Shown here one piece after another: positions 1 through 14,103 of a stretch of 64,000 bases of DNA. Numbering within the stretch: position 1 is the stretch's first letter; every line of letters starts with the position of its first letter. The notes under the pieces were generated by a model, which saw only the letters and a list, made by a program, of their open reading frames with translations, was not told the DNA's origin and did not search any database. The position numbers and the translations under genes were made by a program. Source of the DNA: an uncultured Actinomycetota bacterium (GTDB taxonomy: Bacteria > Actinomycetota > Actinomycetes > JAHEKZ01); NCBI GenBank assembly GCA_963718235.1, contig CAVQYR010000001.1, positions 1,888,001-1,952,000 of the forward strand. The letters run 5' to 3'.

Positions 1-255
1 TCGCACCACCTCGATCGCCTCGCTCAGGGCGACGAAGAAGTCACCGCCGCGGACGTCGGCCACCGCCGCCACCCGGGGCACCCGACCCTGGCTGCGCGAC
101 GCAAGCTCCACGAGCGACGGCAGCAGCTCGGGCGGCATGTTGTCGACGACGAACCATCCGAGGTCCTCGAGGGCGTCGCCGGCAGTGGACCGACCGGCAC
201 CGGACATCCCGGTCACCACGACGACCTCAGGCCGGGTGTCGGACTGCTCGACCAC
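1..255 (-). CDS. rapZ: RNase adapter RapZ/YvcJ P-loop protein (5' part; runs off window)
   Basis: Manual translation from GTG at 255: VVEQSDTRPEVVVVTGMSGAGRSTAGDALEDLGWFVVDNMPP; GGAG RBS upstream; usual position after uvrC. Confidence 0.92.
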   Translation of the reverse strand, partial: MVEQSDTRPEVVVVTGMSGAGRSTAGDALEDLGWFVVDNMPPELLPSLVELASRSQGRVPRVAAVADVRGGDFFVALSEAIEVVR

Positions 256-307
256 ACGTGCTCCGTTCGGTCGGGGTCGTCGACGAGCCTAGTGTCGGTT
301 GCAGCGG

Positions 308-2282
308 TCAGTCGACGAGCTCTCCGGTGGCGGTGTTGACCGCGGGGCCGCTGACCTCCTGCCCGGCCAGGGCGTCGACCACCTGGGCGGCCACGACGGG
401 CCCGATCCCGGGTACGGCCGCGACCTCATCGGCGGTGGCCGTCCGAAGTCGCCTCAGCGACCCGAAGTGTTTCATGAGCGCCTTGCGTCGCACCTCCCCG
501 AGACCGGGCACGTCGTCGAGCGCGCTGGACGTCATGGTCTTCGACCGTCGCTGCCGGTGGAACCCGACGGCGAAGCGATGTGCCTCGTCGCGCAGCCGCT
601 GCAGGAGGTAGAGGGCCTCGCTGGACCGCGGCAGGATGACCGGGCTGTCGTCACCGGGCTGCCAGACCTCCTCGAGGCGCTTGGCCAGGCCGACCACCGT
701 CACGTCGACGACGCCGAGCTCGTCGAGGGCTCGCTGTGCGGCGTCGGCCTGCGCCGGCCCCCCGTCGACGACGACCAGCTGCGGGGGGTATGCGAAGCGC
801 CGGGGGCGCCCGTTCTCGTCGCGAGGACCGCTGGGCTCACCGGCCTCGAACGCCCGCGCCGGGTCGACGGCGGCCCCGGCCTCCAGCTGCTGTTCGCCCA
901 CCAGCCGACGGAACCGTCGGGTGATCACTTCGTGGATGGAGGCCACGTCGTTCTGGCCGACCACGTCGCGGATGGCGAAGCGACGGTACTCGGACTTGCG
1001 GGCCAGCCCGTCCTCGAACACGACCATGGAGGCCACGACCTCGTCGCCTGCATGGTGGGAGATGTCGTACCCCTCGATCCGTAGCGGGGCCTCCGGAAGG
1101 TCCAGGGCGGTCTGGAGCTCCTCGAGGGCCCGGGACCGGGTGGTGAGGTCGGAGGCCCTGCGGGTCTTGTGCAGGACCAGGGACTGCCGGGCGTTGGCGG
1201 CCACCGTCTCGAGCAGTGCTCGTTTGTCTCCCCGTTGTGGCACCCGAAGTCGCACCTGGCTCCCCCGGCGCTCGCTGAGCAGCTGCTCGAGGCTGGCGAC
1301 GTCGCTCGGGAGCGCGGGCACGAGGACCTCCCGAGGCACGTCGTCATGGTCGGCGTAGTACTGCAGGCAGAAGTGCTCGACGATCCCGGCGACGTCGAGG
1401 TCCTCGACCCGGTCGACGACGAAGCCCCGCTGTCCGCGCACCCGACCGCTGCGGACGGTGAAGACCTGCACCGCGGCCTCCAGAGGGTCCTCCGCCAGCG
1501 CCACGACGTCGGCGTCGGTCCCGTCCGGGAGCACCACGGCGGAGCGCTCGAGGGCCCGCTGCATGGCATGCAGGTCGTCGCGCAGCCGAGCCGCCCGCTC
1601 GTACTCCTGCTGAGCGGCGGCTTCGTGCATCTGGGTCTCGGTGCGGCGCAGAAAGGCTGCTGGGTCGCCACCGAGGAACGAGGCCAGGTCGTCGACGAGG
1701 ACCCGGTGCTGGTCGGCGGTCACCCGTCCGACGCAGGGCGCCGAGCACTTGCCGATGTATCCCAGCAGGCACGGTCGACCCATCTGGCCGGCCCGACGGA
1801 AGACCCCCTTGCTGCAGGAACGGATCGGGAAAGACCCGCAGCAGCTGGTCGAGCGTCTCGCGGATCGCCCAGGCGTGGGCGAACGGCCCGAAGTACCGCA
1901 CACCTGGCCGCTTTGCACCTCGCATGACCAGGGCCCGTGGGAACTCCTCGCCGACGGTGATCGCCAGGTAGGGGTAGGACTTGTCGTCGCGGTACTTGAC
2001 GTTGAACCGAGGGTCGAACTCCTTGATCCACTCGTACTCGACCTGCAGCGCCTCGACCTCGTTGCGCACCGTGGTCCACTGCACCGAGGCGGCCGCGTGG
2101 ACCATCGCGTGGGTCCGCGGGTGCAGTGTGGCCGGGTCGGCGAAGTAGGAGGCCAGCCGGCTGCGCAGGCTCTTCGCCTTGCCGACGTAGACGACCCGGC
2201 CCGCGGCGTCGGAGAAGCGGTACACCCCTGGGGAGTCGGGCACCTCACCGGCCGCGGGACGGTACGCGGCCGGGTCAGCCAT
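308..2282 (-). CDS. uvrC: Excinuclease ABC subunit C (one extra base near 1830 splits it into two frames; probable sequencing error)
   Basis: GIY-YIG N-terminus ([19 protein letters not shown]) in ORF 1344-2282; remainder ([23 protein letters not shown], HhH) in ORF 308-2248; frames join at RVFP/IRSC. Confidence 0.95.
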
Positions 2283-2320
2283 GGCGTCCCTCCCGACCGG
2301 TGCTCAGCACGGCACGCCCA

Positions 2321-2787
2321 TCAGGCCAGGAAGACCGATCCACCACGCACGGTGACCTGTTCGCCGGGCAAGGGGGCAGTGGCTGGACCCTGCAGCACCG
2401 AGCCGTCGGCGATCGAGAACTGCGACCCATGGCAGTTGCACACGATCGCCCCGTCGACGACCTCGGCCACGGGGCACCCCTGGTGGGTGCAGACCGAGCT
2501 GAAGCCGACCACGGTTCCCGCCTCCGGCTGGGTCACGACGACGTCGGCCTCACTGATGACCACGCCGCCGCCGACCGGCACGTCGGCGACCGCCACCAAC
2601 GGCTCGGGGGACCCAGTGCTCGGGGCGGGCGTCGTGCCGGCCGACGTCGGCTGAGGGGGCGATGAGGCGTCGGCCGGGGCCTCGGCGGCGTCGCTGCAGG
2701 CGGCGAGGGCACCCACGGCCAGGCCGCCCACGCCCAGTGCGGCAGCACCTCGGAGCATGGCACGTCGGTCGATCGGGTCGGTGGTCA

Positions 2788-2788
<1 letters not shown>
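2321..2788 (-). CDS. Rieske (2Fe-2S) protein, predicted Tat-exported lipoprotein
   Basis: DRRAML twin-Arg motif, LAAC lipobox, CTHQGC...CNCHGSQF Rieske ligands. Confidence 0.9.
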
Positions 2789-5736
<2,948 letters not shown>

Positions 5737-5787
5737 GTGGGGTCCTTCGGCGGGGTCGGTGGTCCAGGCGTTCGGCGGGTCTGTCCG

Positions 5788-5809
5788 AGCCTAACCGGCG
5801 GGACCGACA
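5788..5809 (-). promoter_or_regulatory. RecA-NDp (PafBC-dependent) DNA-damage promoter of uvrA
   Basis: Minus strand TGTCGG-N10-TAGGCT matches the actinobacterial TGTCGG-N10-TAnnnT consensus. Confidence 0.8.
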
Positions 5810-5910
5810 GCCTCGTTCCGGACCGGATACGGTCATCCATGACAGCCGAGCACCCCGACACCCACGACACCCAGGGGCCCGCCCAGGGCCCGACACCCGC
5901 AGGAGGGGTC

Positions 5911-6561
5911 ATGGCCTACACCGGAGACGTCCACGTCGGCGGACCGGCCGACGTCCACGAGCTGTCCGGACTGATCATCAGCAAGCTCGCCGTCGGACCC
6001 TACGACAACAACGTCTACCTGCTGCGCTGCCGCCGGACCGGTGACCAGGTGCTGGTCGACGCCGCCGCCGACGACGCGGCCGTCCTGGCGCTGATCGGTG
6101 ACGACGGCCTGGACGGCGTGGTGACCACCCACCGGCACGGTGACCACTGGCAGGCCCTGGCCGCCGTGGTGGCGGCCACCTCGGCTCGTACCTACGCCCA
6201 TGCCGAGGACGCCCCGGAGATCCCGGTCGAGACCGAGGTGTTCCTGGCCGACGGCGACACCCTGCTCGTGGGGGACGTTGCGCTCAACGTCATCCACCTG
6301 CCCGGGCACACCCCCGGGGGGCTCGCCCTGCTGTACGACGACCCTGACGGGTTCCCGCACCTGTTCACCGGCGACTCCCTGTTCCCCGGGGGGGTCGGGA
6401 AGACCACCGACGAGACGTTCGGACAGCTGCTCGAGGCGGTCACGACACGCCTGTTCGACCGGCTGCCGGACGAGACCTGGGTCTACCCCGGTCACGGCAA
6501 GGACACCACGCTGGGCGCCGAGCGCCCCCACCTGGCCGAGTGGCGCGACCGCGGCTGGTGA
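5911..6561 (+). CDS. MBL-fold metallo-hydrolase (glyoxalase II-like)
   Basis: THRHGDH, GHTPG, FTGD, PGHG motifs; AGGAGG RBS before ATG 5911 (alternative start 5839). Confidence 0.9.
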   Translation: MAYTGDVHVGGPADVHELSGLIISKLAVGPYDNNVYLLRCRRTGDQVLVDAAADDAAVLALIGDDGLDGVVTTHRHGDHWQALAAVVAATSARTYAHAEDAPEIPVETEVFLADGDTLLVGDVALNVIHLPGHTPGGLALLYDDPDGFPHLFTGDSLFPGGVGKTTDETFGQLLEAVTTRLFDRLPDETWVYPGHGKDTTLGAERPHLAEWRDRGW

Positions 6562-6567
6562 GGCCGG

Positions 6568-6595
6568 CACGGCCAGCCCTTTCGGGCTGCCGCGC
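6568..6595. terminator. Hairpin between convergent genes
   Basis: CGGCCAGCCC-TTTC-GGGCTGCCG stem-loop just after stop 6561. Confidence 0.55.
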
Positions 6596-6606
6596 GGTTC
6601 GGTCGG

Positions 6607-8286
6607 CTACCTGATCGTGATGGTCAGTGGGTTGGCGTTGGGGGCGCCCACGACCGCAGCGGCGTTCGGCACCACCACGAAGCGCGGCTTGGCGGCCGTA
6701 CCGACGTTCTGCGAGACCCGAAGCTGGTAGTCACCTGCCTTGCTGGGCAGCTTCAACCAGCACACGTACCCTCCCGACCCAGCCTTGCACGTGCATGAGG
6801 TGCTCCACGCCGAGGCCGTTGCGGTCGGCGATGCGGTCACCCGCACGGCGGCGCTGGCGGCCCGGGGCGCGCCCTGGTAGCTGCCGAGCGAGAACTTCAC
6901 CGGGATCGTCCACCCCCGTCCCAGCGCGGAGCCCGACGACGGAGAAGTGAAGCCGAGGAAGGCGTCGGTCACGTTGTACCAGCGAGTCACCGAGGTCGTG
7001 TTCCCGGCGTTGTCGGTCGCGGTGCAGGTGACCCGCCTCGTCCCGACCGTCGAGGTGTTCACCGGGGTGCACGACTGTGCGGCCACCCCAGAGGTCGCAT
7101 CCTGCGCCCCGGGGGTCACGACAGGAGCCGGCTGGCCCACCGCGAACGACGAGCCCGCGGGAAGGGAGGGAGACAGCGTGGGGGGCGTCGCGTCGTAGCC
7201 GATCGTGACCGTCCGCGGACCGGTCGACCCTCCGTCGCTGGTGGCGTTGCAGGAGTACGCGGTCTTGGCCTGGTCAGAGCTGATCGCCTGGTCGACGCAG
7301 CCGGTCTTGACGACCGAGCCCGGTGACTCGGCGTCGGTGACCGCCCACGACAGCGTGACCGGCGTGCGGTACCAGCCACCGTCCCCCGGGCTGGCCGGCG
7401 CGAGCACGCCGTCGATGGTCGGCGGTGTCGAGTCCCCCGTCGTCGAGCTGACCACCTGGGTGAGGGAGCCAGTACTCGTCGCGAAGTAGTACTGCTGGTA
7501 GCTCTGGGCTCCCAGGTAGTTGGCGGTGACGACGTGGTTGCCGGGGCTGAGCCAGGAGGCGTTGAACACCGCCTGGCCGGCCGCGTTCAAAGCCACGCTG
7601 GCGGTCACCTCGACGCCGTCCACGACGAACTGCACGCCACCCTGGGTCACGGCCGTGTCCCTGTCGGTCCGCACGGTGGCGGTGAAGCTGACCGACTCCC
7701 CCTCAACGGACGGGTTCGTGCTGGACGTGAGGCTGGTCGTGGTGCAGTCGGCCGCGATGGCGGTGAAGTACGCGGACCGGCCGACCTGGCGAACCACAAC
7801 GTTGGCGTAGGGGGGCGTCCCGCCGGGGATGCTGAACGCGAACGCGGCCGCCGAGTACTCCCAGATCGGGTTGCCCTGGAAGTCCTCGTACTCGTTGAGC
7901 AGCGGGTCGACGGGCTGCGGCGGCAACGTGGTCACCGCGTCGAGCGGGGGGACGAGCGTGGTGCCGTCGTTGAGCAGCAGCCCACCAGGGACGACGGTCG
8001 CCCCACCCACGTCCTGCCAGGCAGGAGTGATGTAGAGCTCGACCCCCAGCCCGGTCGCCGAGGGCGCCGGCGGAGGCGTCACGGCCGGGTCGACATCGGT
8101 TCCCTCGCCCGCGAGCCCGGTGATCGAGGTGCCACAGACCGCGCCCAGGGTGCCGGGTGCGAGGTCGACCGCGACGTCGGCCTGACCGTTGCCGTACGTC
8201 CATTTGACCTTGGCCGATGCCGACGGCACCCAGACCAGCAGCAGGGCGAGCACGGCGATGAGCGTGAGCAGCACCTTCGACTTCAT
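6607..8286 (-). CDS. Secreted multi-domain Ig-like protein (Big-type domain, Ig-like repeats, C-terminal PxKF-like domain)
   Basis: Signal peptide MKSKVLLTLIAVLALLLVWVPSASA; TTTSLTSSTNPSVEGESVSFTATV; DxTPP...ATDNAGN repeats; FLGF..TIPVKF; AAGGGGG RBS. Confidence 0.75.
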   Translation of the reverse strand: MKSKVLLTLIAVLALLLVWVPSASAKVKWTYGNGQADVAVDLAPGTLGAVCGTSITGLAGEGTDVDPAVTPPPAPSATGLGVELYITPAWQDVGGATVVPGGLLLNDGTTLVPPLDAVTTLPPQPVDPLLNEYEDFQGNPIWEYSAAAFAFSIPGGTPPYANVVVRQVGRSAYFTAIAADCTTTSLTSSTNPSVEGESVSFTATVRTDRDTAVTQGGVQFVVDGVEVTASVALNAAGQAVFNASWLSPGNHVVTANYLGAQSYQQYYFATSTGSLTQVVSSTTGDSTPPTIDGVLAPASPGDGGWYRTPVTLSWAVTDAESPGSVVKTGCVDQAISSDQAKTAYSCNATSDGGSTGPRTVTIGYDATPPTLSPSLPAGSSFAVGQPAPVVTPGAQDATSGVAAQSCTPVNTSTVGTRRVTCTATDNAGNTTSVTRWYNVTDAFLGFTSPSSGSALGRGWTIPVKFSLGSYQGAPRAASAAVRVTASPTATASAWSTSCTCKAGSGGYVCWLKLPSKAGDYQLRVSQNVGTAAKPRFVVVPNAAAVVGAPNANPLTITIR

Positions 8287-8340
8287 GGCGTCCCCCTTGA
8301 GAGCCTGGCTGCCACGGGACGCTAACAGCACAATGGCCCG

Positions 8341-11300
8341 ATGGACAGGGACAGCGCGCAAAGCTCCCGGTTCCAGCGTTACCTACCGGTCACAGCAAGT
8401 GACCCGACGGTCGCGGCCGGCAATCCCCTCACCAGGGACGCGGTCACCATGTTCGCCGACATCGCCGGCTTCACGGCCCTGTCCGAGCGGTTGTCCCACT
8501 TCGGCACGGCCGGCACCGAGCAGGTCGGTGGCATCGTCCGGTCCGCCATCGGCGGCGCTCTCGACGTCGTCGCTGCGCACGGAGGCGACGCTCTCGCCTT
8601 CGGCGGCGACGCGATCACCGTGGAGTTCGCCGGCGAGCACGGCTGGGACGACGCGCATCACGCCGCCGCGGAGATCGTCGAGCCTGTTCGAGGCGTCGCC
8701 GGAGCCCAGACGCTGGCGGGTCCGGTGGAGGCAACGGTGCGGATCGGTCTCTCGCACGGACGAGTCACCACCCTGCTCTGCCCGGGCGAGCGACGTGACG
8801 TGCTCGTGCAGCTCGGCCCCGGTCTCGATCGAGCGGCCGATGCGTCGGGTCGCGCCCCTCACAACAGCGTCCACGTCGTCCCGTTCGATGCGCTCGACGG
8901 TAGTACCGCCGAGGTGCCTGCCCGCGACGCGGACGGCCGCCCTCCACCGCGGGACGCCCGACTGGGCCCCGCGGCTGTTCCACCCCCTGACCGCCTCCCG
9001 GATCGCCGCGGCGGCCGAGCCCCCCGACGAGCACCGTCGGGTGTCGTGCGTCTTCCTGTCGCTGCCCCCGACGGACGACCGCGACCGCGTGGCACTGCGC
9101 GGGCTGTCCGACTTCGTGGCCACAGCAGCCGACGTCCTCGCCGACGCGGGGGGCGACGTGGTCCAGTGCTCGGGCGGGGACAAGGGCATCGTCCTGTTCG
9201 CCGTCTTCGGTGCGCCGGTCGCCCACCCCGACGACCCGCTGCGCGCGGTGCACGCAGTCGACCGGCTCCGCGCCACGACCCACACCCCTTTCGCGGCCGG
9301 GATCTCGACCGGTCTCGCGTTCTCCGCGGTCTTCGGCGGACGGCACAGGGGGTTCCCCAGCGCCATCGGGGACACCACCAACGTGGCGGCGCGGCTGATG
9401 TCGGCGGCCGAGCCGGGAACGACGCTGCTCGACGGCCCCACCACAGAGGCGGGTGGGGATCGACTCGTCGCCGACGAACGTCGCTCCTTGGCCGTCAAGA
9501 ACCGGGCCGAGCCGATCCAGGTAGCGCGGTTTCGCACACTCACCCGTTCCAGTCGCGACCTCGACGACGAGGGTGAGGGCCCCCTGGTCGGCCGAGAGAC
9601 CGAGCTCGCAGCCGGCGAGCGGCTGCTCGACCGCGCCGCACACCACGGCTCGGCCCTGCACCTCGCCGGCGAGGCGGGCTCGGGCAAGTCGAGACTGGCC
9701 GGCGAGCTGGCCCGGCGCGCCCGGATCCGTGGGATCTCGGTCCGGGTCGGCGGGTTCGAGGCCTTCGGTGTCAGCAGCCCGCTGGGTCCGTTCGCCGCCT
9801 TCGTCCGCGACCGACCCGGTCTTCCTCCGATCCGGGCCGCGGGCGACCTGCCTTCGGCGATCGGGGCTGTCCGCCCCGGCGACGAGCGGCTGTCTCCGCT
9901 GCTGGGGCCGCTGCTCGGACTCGACCTCGAGGAGACCACGGCCACCGTGGGTCTCTCCGACGACCAGCGCGCCGACCTGGGACGCCGACTGGTCGTCGAC
10001 CTGCTGTGCGCGACCCCGACGCCGACCCTGCTCGTGGTCGAGGACCTGCACTGGGCCGACGAGGCCTCGCGCAGCCTTCTCGCCGAGCTGGTGCCTCAGC
10101 TGCCCCACGGCCGACTGTCCATTGTCTCGACCCGCCGTCCCGGACCGCTTCCGGGCTGCGAACCCGTCGTCGAGCTCGCCGACCTGCCGCCCGAGCGCCT
10201 GGCCACGATCGTCCGCGACACCTGGAGCCGGCTAGGGGGTGGCGGCCTGCCCGAGGACTACGTGTCGACGCTGGTCGAGCGGGCTGCGGGCAGCCCGATG
10301 TTCGCGCAGACGGTCACCGAGCTCGTCCGTCGCCAGTACCAGCCCGGCGTGCCGCTGCCCGAGGTGCCCCTGCCCGACCAGCTGCTGCCCTTCCTGACCG
10401 CCCAGATCGACACGCTCGGCGACCAGGCCCAGGCCACCGCGCTGCAGGCGGCGATCTTCGGCCGGCCGGTCTCCGCACGCCAGCTCGCCAGCACCTTCGG
10501 CAGCACCGAGGCGCAGACGCGTCGGGACCTCGGTTGGCTCGCAGCCGCCGGGATCGTGCGATCCTCGGACACCGGTGACGCGGCCGAGGTGCAGCTTCGG
10601 CACGCGACAGTCGCCGAGGCGCTGGTGGCACGCGCATCGCACAGCGTCCGGGCACCCCTGCACGAGCAGGTCTGTCGGCACCTGATCGCAACCGGTGCCT
10701 CCGCCCGAGAGGTCGCCGGCCATCTCCAGCACGGCGACCTCCCGGAGCTGGAGCTGACCTGGTACCGCGCCGCCCGGCGTGAGGCGCTGGCAGCCTGGGC
10801 CCTGCACGAGGCGCGTCACTGGGCGGGTCTCGCTCTGGGTGCGGCACCACCAGCTGACTCGTCCGCGGACGCGGTTGCGCTCGCTGAGCTCGAGCAGCAG
10901 CTCGGCGACCTCGGCCAGGCGGGTGAGCGGCTCGTCGGACTCGATGGTCCCGCAGTCGAGCAGCTTCGAGGCCGGATCGCCCTGGAGACCGGGCGTCCTG
11001 CCGACGCGGTCGAGCATCTGCAGCAGGCGGAACGGCTGGGCGCCGACGGGTCCGGCGTCAGCTGGCCGCTGACGATGGCGCTGTGCGAGCTCGGTCGCTT
11101 CGCCGAGGCCGCCGAACGCGCACATCGGCAGCTCGAGTCGTCCGGCACCGACGGACCGACCCGGCTGGACGCGCTGGCCAACCTCGGGGTGATCGACGCG
11201 CGTCGGGGGGACTTCGCCGGGTCAGCGGCCAGACTGGAACAGGCGAGCGTCCTGGCGACCGAGCTCGGGGACGCCATGCGCCTGGCGACGGTCACTGGCG

Positions 11301-11947
11301 ACTTGGCGGGGACCCGCTACGCCTCGGACCGCACGGCCGAGGCAGCCGAGCTGCTCGGAAGGGCCGCCGACATCGCCGAGCGCCTCGGCAGCCGGCGGAT
11401 GGTGGCCTTCACCCTCGGCAACGCAGCAGCCCTCCGCCTGGAGGTCGGCGACCACGAGGGCGCACGGCGAGCGGCTGTGGCCAGCGTCCGAGCGTCCCTG
11501 CAGCTTGGTGACACCGCAGCGGCGCTCAACGCCCTCCAGGTACCGGTCGCCGTCACCGAGGCCGACGGAGCGCTCGAGACGGCCGCCGCCTGGTGGTGCG
11601 CACACGCTGAGCTCGAGGAGCGTCTGGGACGACCCAACGACTGCCTGGTGTCGCGGTTCCGGTACGCCACGGCGCTCGCCGGGCTGGGCCGGGTCGTCAC
11701 CGCTGCCGACGTCGTCGCCAGGACGGAGGCAGCGGGGGCGCTCGACGACGAGGACGTGCGAAACGAGCAGGACCGGGCGCACGCCGCCGTCCGCGGGCAC
11801 TACACGCCGCCGGTGGACACCGACGCAGTCCCAGTCGACCTCCCGACCCTGGACGAGAGCCTGCCGCAGGTGACTGCGGCCGACATCGACGAGCTGTTCG
11901 GCGCGATCGGGCAGCTGCTCACCGAGCGCGGGGCAACGGCGCGGTAG
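8341..11947 (+). CDS. Tandem class III adenylate cyclase - STAND/AAA ATPase - TPR protein, ~1200 aa (one extra base near 8952)
   Basis: C1: MFADIAGFT...FGGDA in ORF 8341; C2: GGDKG, IGDTTNVAARL; Walker A GEAGSGKS, Walker B VVEDLHWAD, GSPMF; TPR-like helices in ORF 8189-11947; CACAAT -10 before ATG 8341. Confidence 0.85.
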
Positions 11948-11976
11948 CCCACCCGACCACCCGGTGGCCCGCGTGT

Positions 11977-12975
11977 CTACCCGTCGCGGTCGGGCTGGTC
12001 GTGGGCGTGGCCGCGCAGGGCGCCGGAGTGGGCGTGGGCGGTGGGGTCCTTGCGTGCCTTCACCAGGCTGGCCACGGTCGTCACGGCCAGGATGCCGATG
12101 ATCACGGCGAGCGAGAACGTGGTCGGCACCTTCGGGACCTCGGGCACGACCTCGTGCACGAAGGTGAGGATCAGCTTGACCCCCACGAAGGCCAAGATGA
12201 GCGACAGGCCCACGGACAGGTAGATGAGCCGGTCGAGCAGGTTGCGCAGCACGAAGAAGAGCGCTCGCAGGCCGAGCAGGGCGAAGGCGTTGGCCGCGAA
12301 GACCAGATACGGCTCCGACGTCACGCCGAAGGTCGCCGGGATCGAGTCGAGGGCGAACAGCAGGTCGGTCGTCCCGATCGCCAGCAGCACCAGGAACATC
12401 GGGGTGAACAGCCGCCGGCCGGCGTCGCGCACCACGACCTTGCGCCCGACGTAGTCGTCGGTGAACGGCAGCCGTCGACGGGCGAAGGCGAGCACCGCGT
12501 TGTCCTCGAGGTCGGCGTCCTCGTTGCGGTGCCGGAACAGCTGGACCGCGGTCCAGATCAGGAAGACTCCGAAGATGACGAAGGTGAACGAGAACAGCTC
12601 GAGCGCTGCCGCACCCACGACGATGAAGACCGCACGCAGCACCAGGGCCAGGGCGACCCCGAACAGCAGCGCCATCTGCTGGTAGGCCGAGGGGACGGCG
12701 AACCGGGCGAAGATGATGACGAAGACGAACAGGTTGTCGACACTGAGGCTCTTCTCGACCAGCCAGGCTGCGAAGTACTCCTGCCCGAACACCGGCCCGC
12801 TCACCACCCAGACGCCGACGCCGAAGGCGAGCGCGATGCCCACGTAGAGCACCGACCACCAGGCCGCCTCGCGGATGCTCACGTCGTGGGGGTTGCGGCC
12901 CACCAGGAAGTCCACGGCGAGCAGCGCGACGATGAACCCGATCGTCGCGAGCCACACCCACAGCTCGACGTTCAC
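11977..12975 (-). CDS. TerC/Alx family membrane protein
   Basis: EKSLSVDNLFVF, DLLFALDSIPA, NAFALLGLRALFF. Confidence 0.95.
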   Translation of the reverse strand: MNVELWVWLATIGFIVALLAVDFLVGRNPHDVSIREAAWWSVLYVGIALAFGVGVWVVSGPVFGQEYFAAWLVEKSLSVDNLFVFVIIFARFAVPSAYQQMALLFGVALALVLRAVFIVVGAAALELFSFTFVIFGVFLIWTAVQLFRHRNEDADLEDNAVLAFARRRLPFTDDYVGRKVVVRDAGRRLFTPMFLVLLAIGTTDLLFALDSIPATFGVTSEPYLVFAANAFALLGLRALFFVLRNLLDRLIYLSVGLSLILAFVGVKLILTFVHEVVPEVPKVPTTFSLAVIIGILAVTTVASLVKARKDPTAHAHSGALRGHAHDQPDRDG

Positions 12976-13040
12976 TGACCCTCCCGATGCCCGAGCGCCC
13001 CAGCCTAGTCGGAACCAGTGAACCCCGCTTCCGGCGTTCG

Positions 13041-14021
13041 TCAGCCTGCGCGGCCGGTCCGGCGGGTGTGGGCCAGGCTGACCACCGTGGTGACGGCCAG
13101 GACGCTGACGATGACCGCGAGGCTCACCGGGGTGCTGATCTCCGGCACGCCCTCCAGCGGCTCTCCACCGTTGACGAAGGGCAGGGTGTTGGTGTGCAGC
13201 GCCTCGAAGATCAGCTTCACCCCGATGAACCCCAGGATCACCGCGAGCCCGTAGCTGAGGAAGACCAGGCGGTCGAGCAGCCCGCCGAGCAGGAAGTAGA
13301 GCTGCCGAAGTCCCATCAGGGCGAAGGCGTTGGCGGTGAAGACGAGGTACGGCTCCTGGGTGAGCCCGAAGATGGCCGGGATCGAGTCGAGGGCGAAGAG
13401 CAGGTCGGTGGTGCCGATGGCCACCATGACCAGCAGCAGCGGGGTGAACAGCCGTCGACCGTCGACCGTCGTCCGGAACCGGTTCCGGTCGTACTGGTCG
13501 GTCGTGGGCAGCGCCTTGCGTACCCAGCCGATCACCCGGTTCTCGCGGAACTCCTCCGACTCCTCCTCGGTGTGAGTGGCCAGCTTGACCGACGTGTAGA
13601 CCAGGAAGGCGCCGAACAGGTAGAAGACCCAGCTGAACCGCTCGATGGCGGAGGCGCCGATCACGATGAAGGCCGCCCGCATGACCAGCGCGAGGATGAT
13701 GCCGATCAGCAGCACGAACTGCTGGTTCTCACGCGGGACCCGAAACCGCGACATGATGATCACGAACACGAACAGGTTGTCGACGCTGAGGCTGTACTCG
13801 GTCAGGTAGCCGGCGTAGAACTGGCCGGCGATGTCAGCGCCGAACTGGGCCCAGAGCCAGACCCCGAAGGCCAGCGCCAAGGACACGTAGAAGGCGGTCC
13901 AGGTGGCCGCCTCGCGCATGGAGACCGCGTGCGGACGACGGACCGCCACGGCCAGGTCGAACCCGATCACCACCACCAGGGCGACCAGCGACACCAGCCA
14001 CAGGGTCGGCGTGGCGTCCAT
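13041..14021 (-). CDS. TerC/Alx family membrane protein (second paralog)
   Basis: EYSLSVDNLFVF, DLLFALDSIPA, NAFALMGLRQLYF. Confidence 0.95.
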   Translation of the reverse strand: MDATPTLWLVSLVALVVVIGFDLAVAVRRPHAVSMREAATWTAFYVSLALAFGVWLWAQFGADIAGQFYAGYLTEYSLSVDNLFVFVIIMSRFRVPRENQQFVLLIGIILALVMRAAFIVIGASAIERFSWVFYLFGAFLVYTSVKLATHTEEESEEFRENRVIGWVRKALPTTDQYDRNRFRTTVDGRRLFTPLLLVMVAIGTTDLLFALDSIPAIFGLTQEPYLVFTANAFALMGLRQLYFLLGGLLDRLVFLSYGLAVILGFIGVKLIFEALHTNTLPFVNGGEPLEGVPEISTPVSLAVIVSVLAVTTVVSLAHTRRTGRAG

Positions 14022-14103
14022 TCACACTGCCTTTCTGGTGCCCTTCTGGTCGCCGACGGGGTGCCCCATTCTGGGGCATGCACCCCCCGGACCGCTCGAC
14101 CGG

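Noticed and set aside
308-2282. uvrC, coaE, pilT and others as pseudogenes
   Set aside because: Each has one indel and otherwise intact motifs; sequencing error is the simpler explanation
8388-8404. Palindrome GGTCAC-N5-GTGACC near the cyclase start
   Set aside because: Single occurrence inside a probable coding region; cannot be assigned to a regulator
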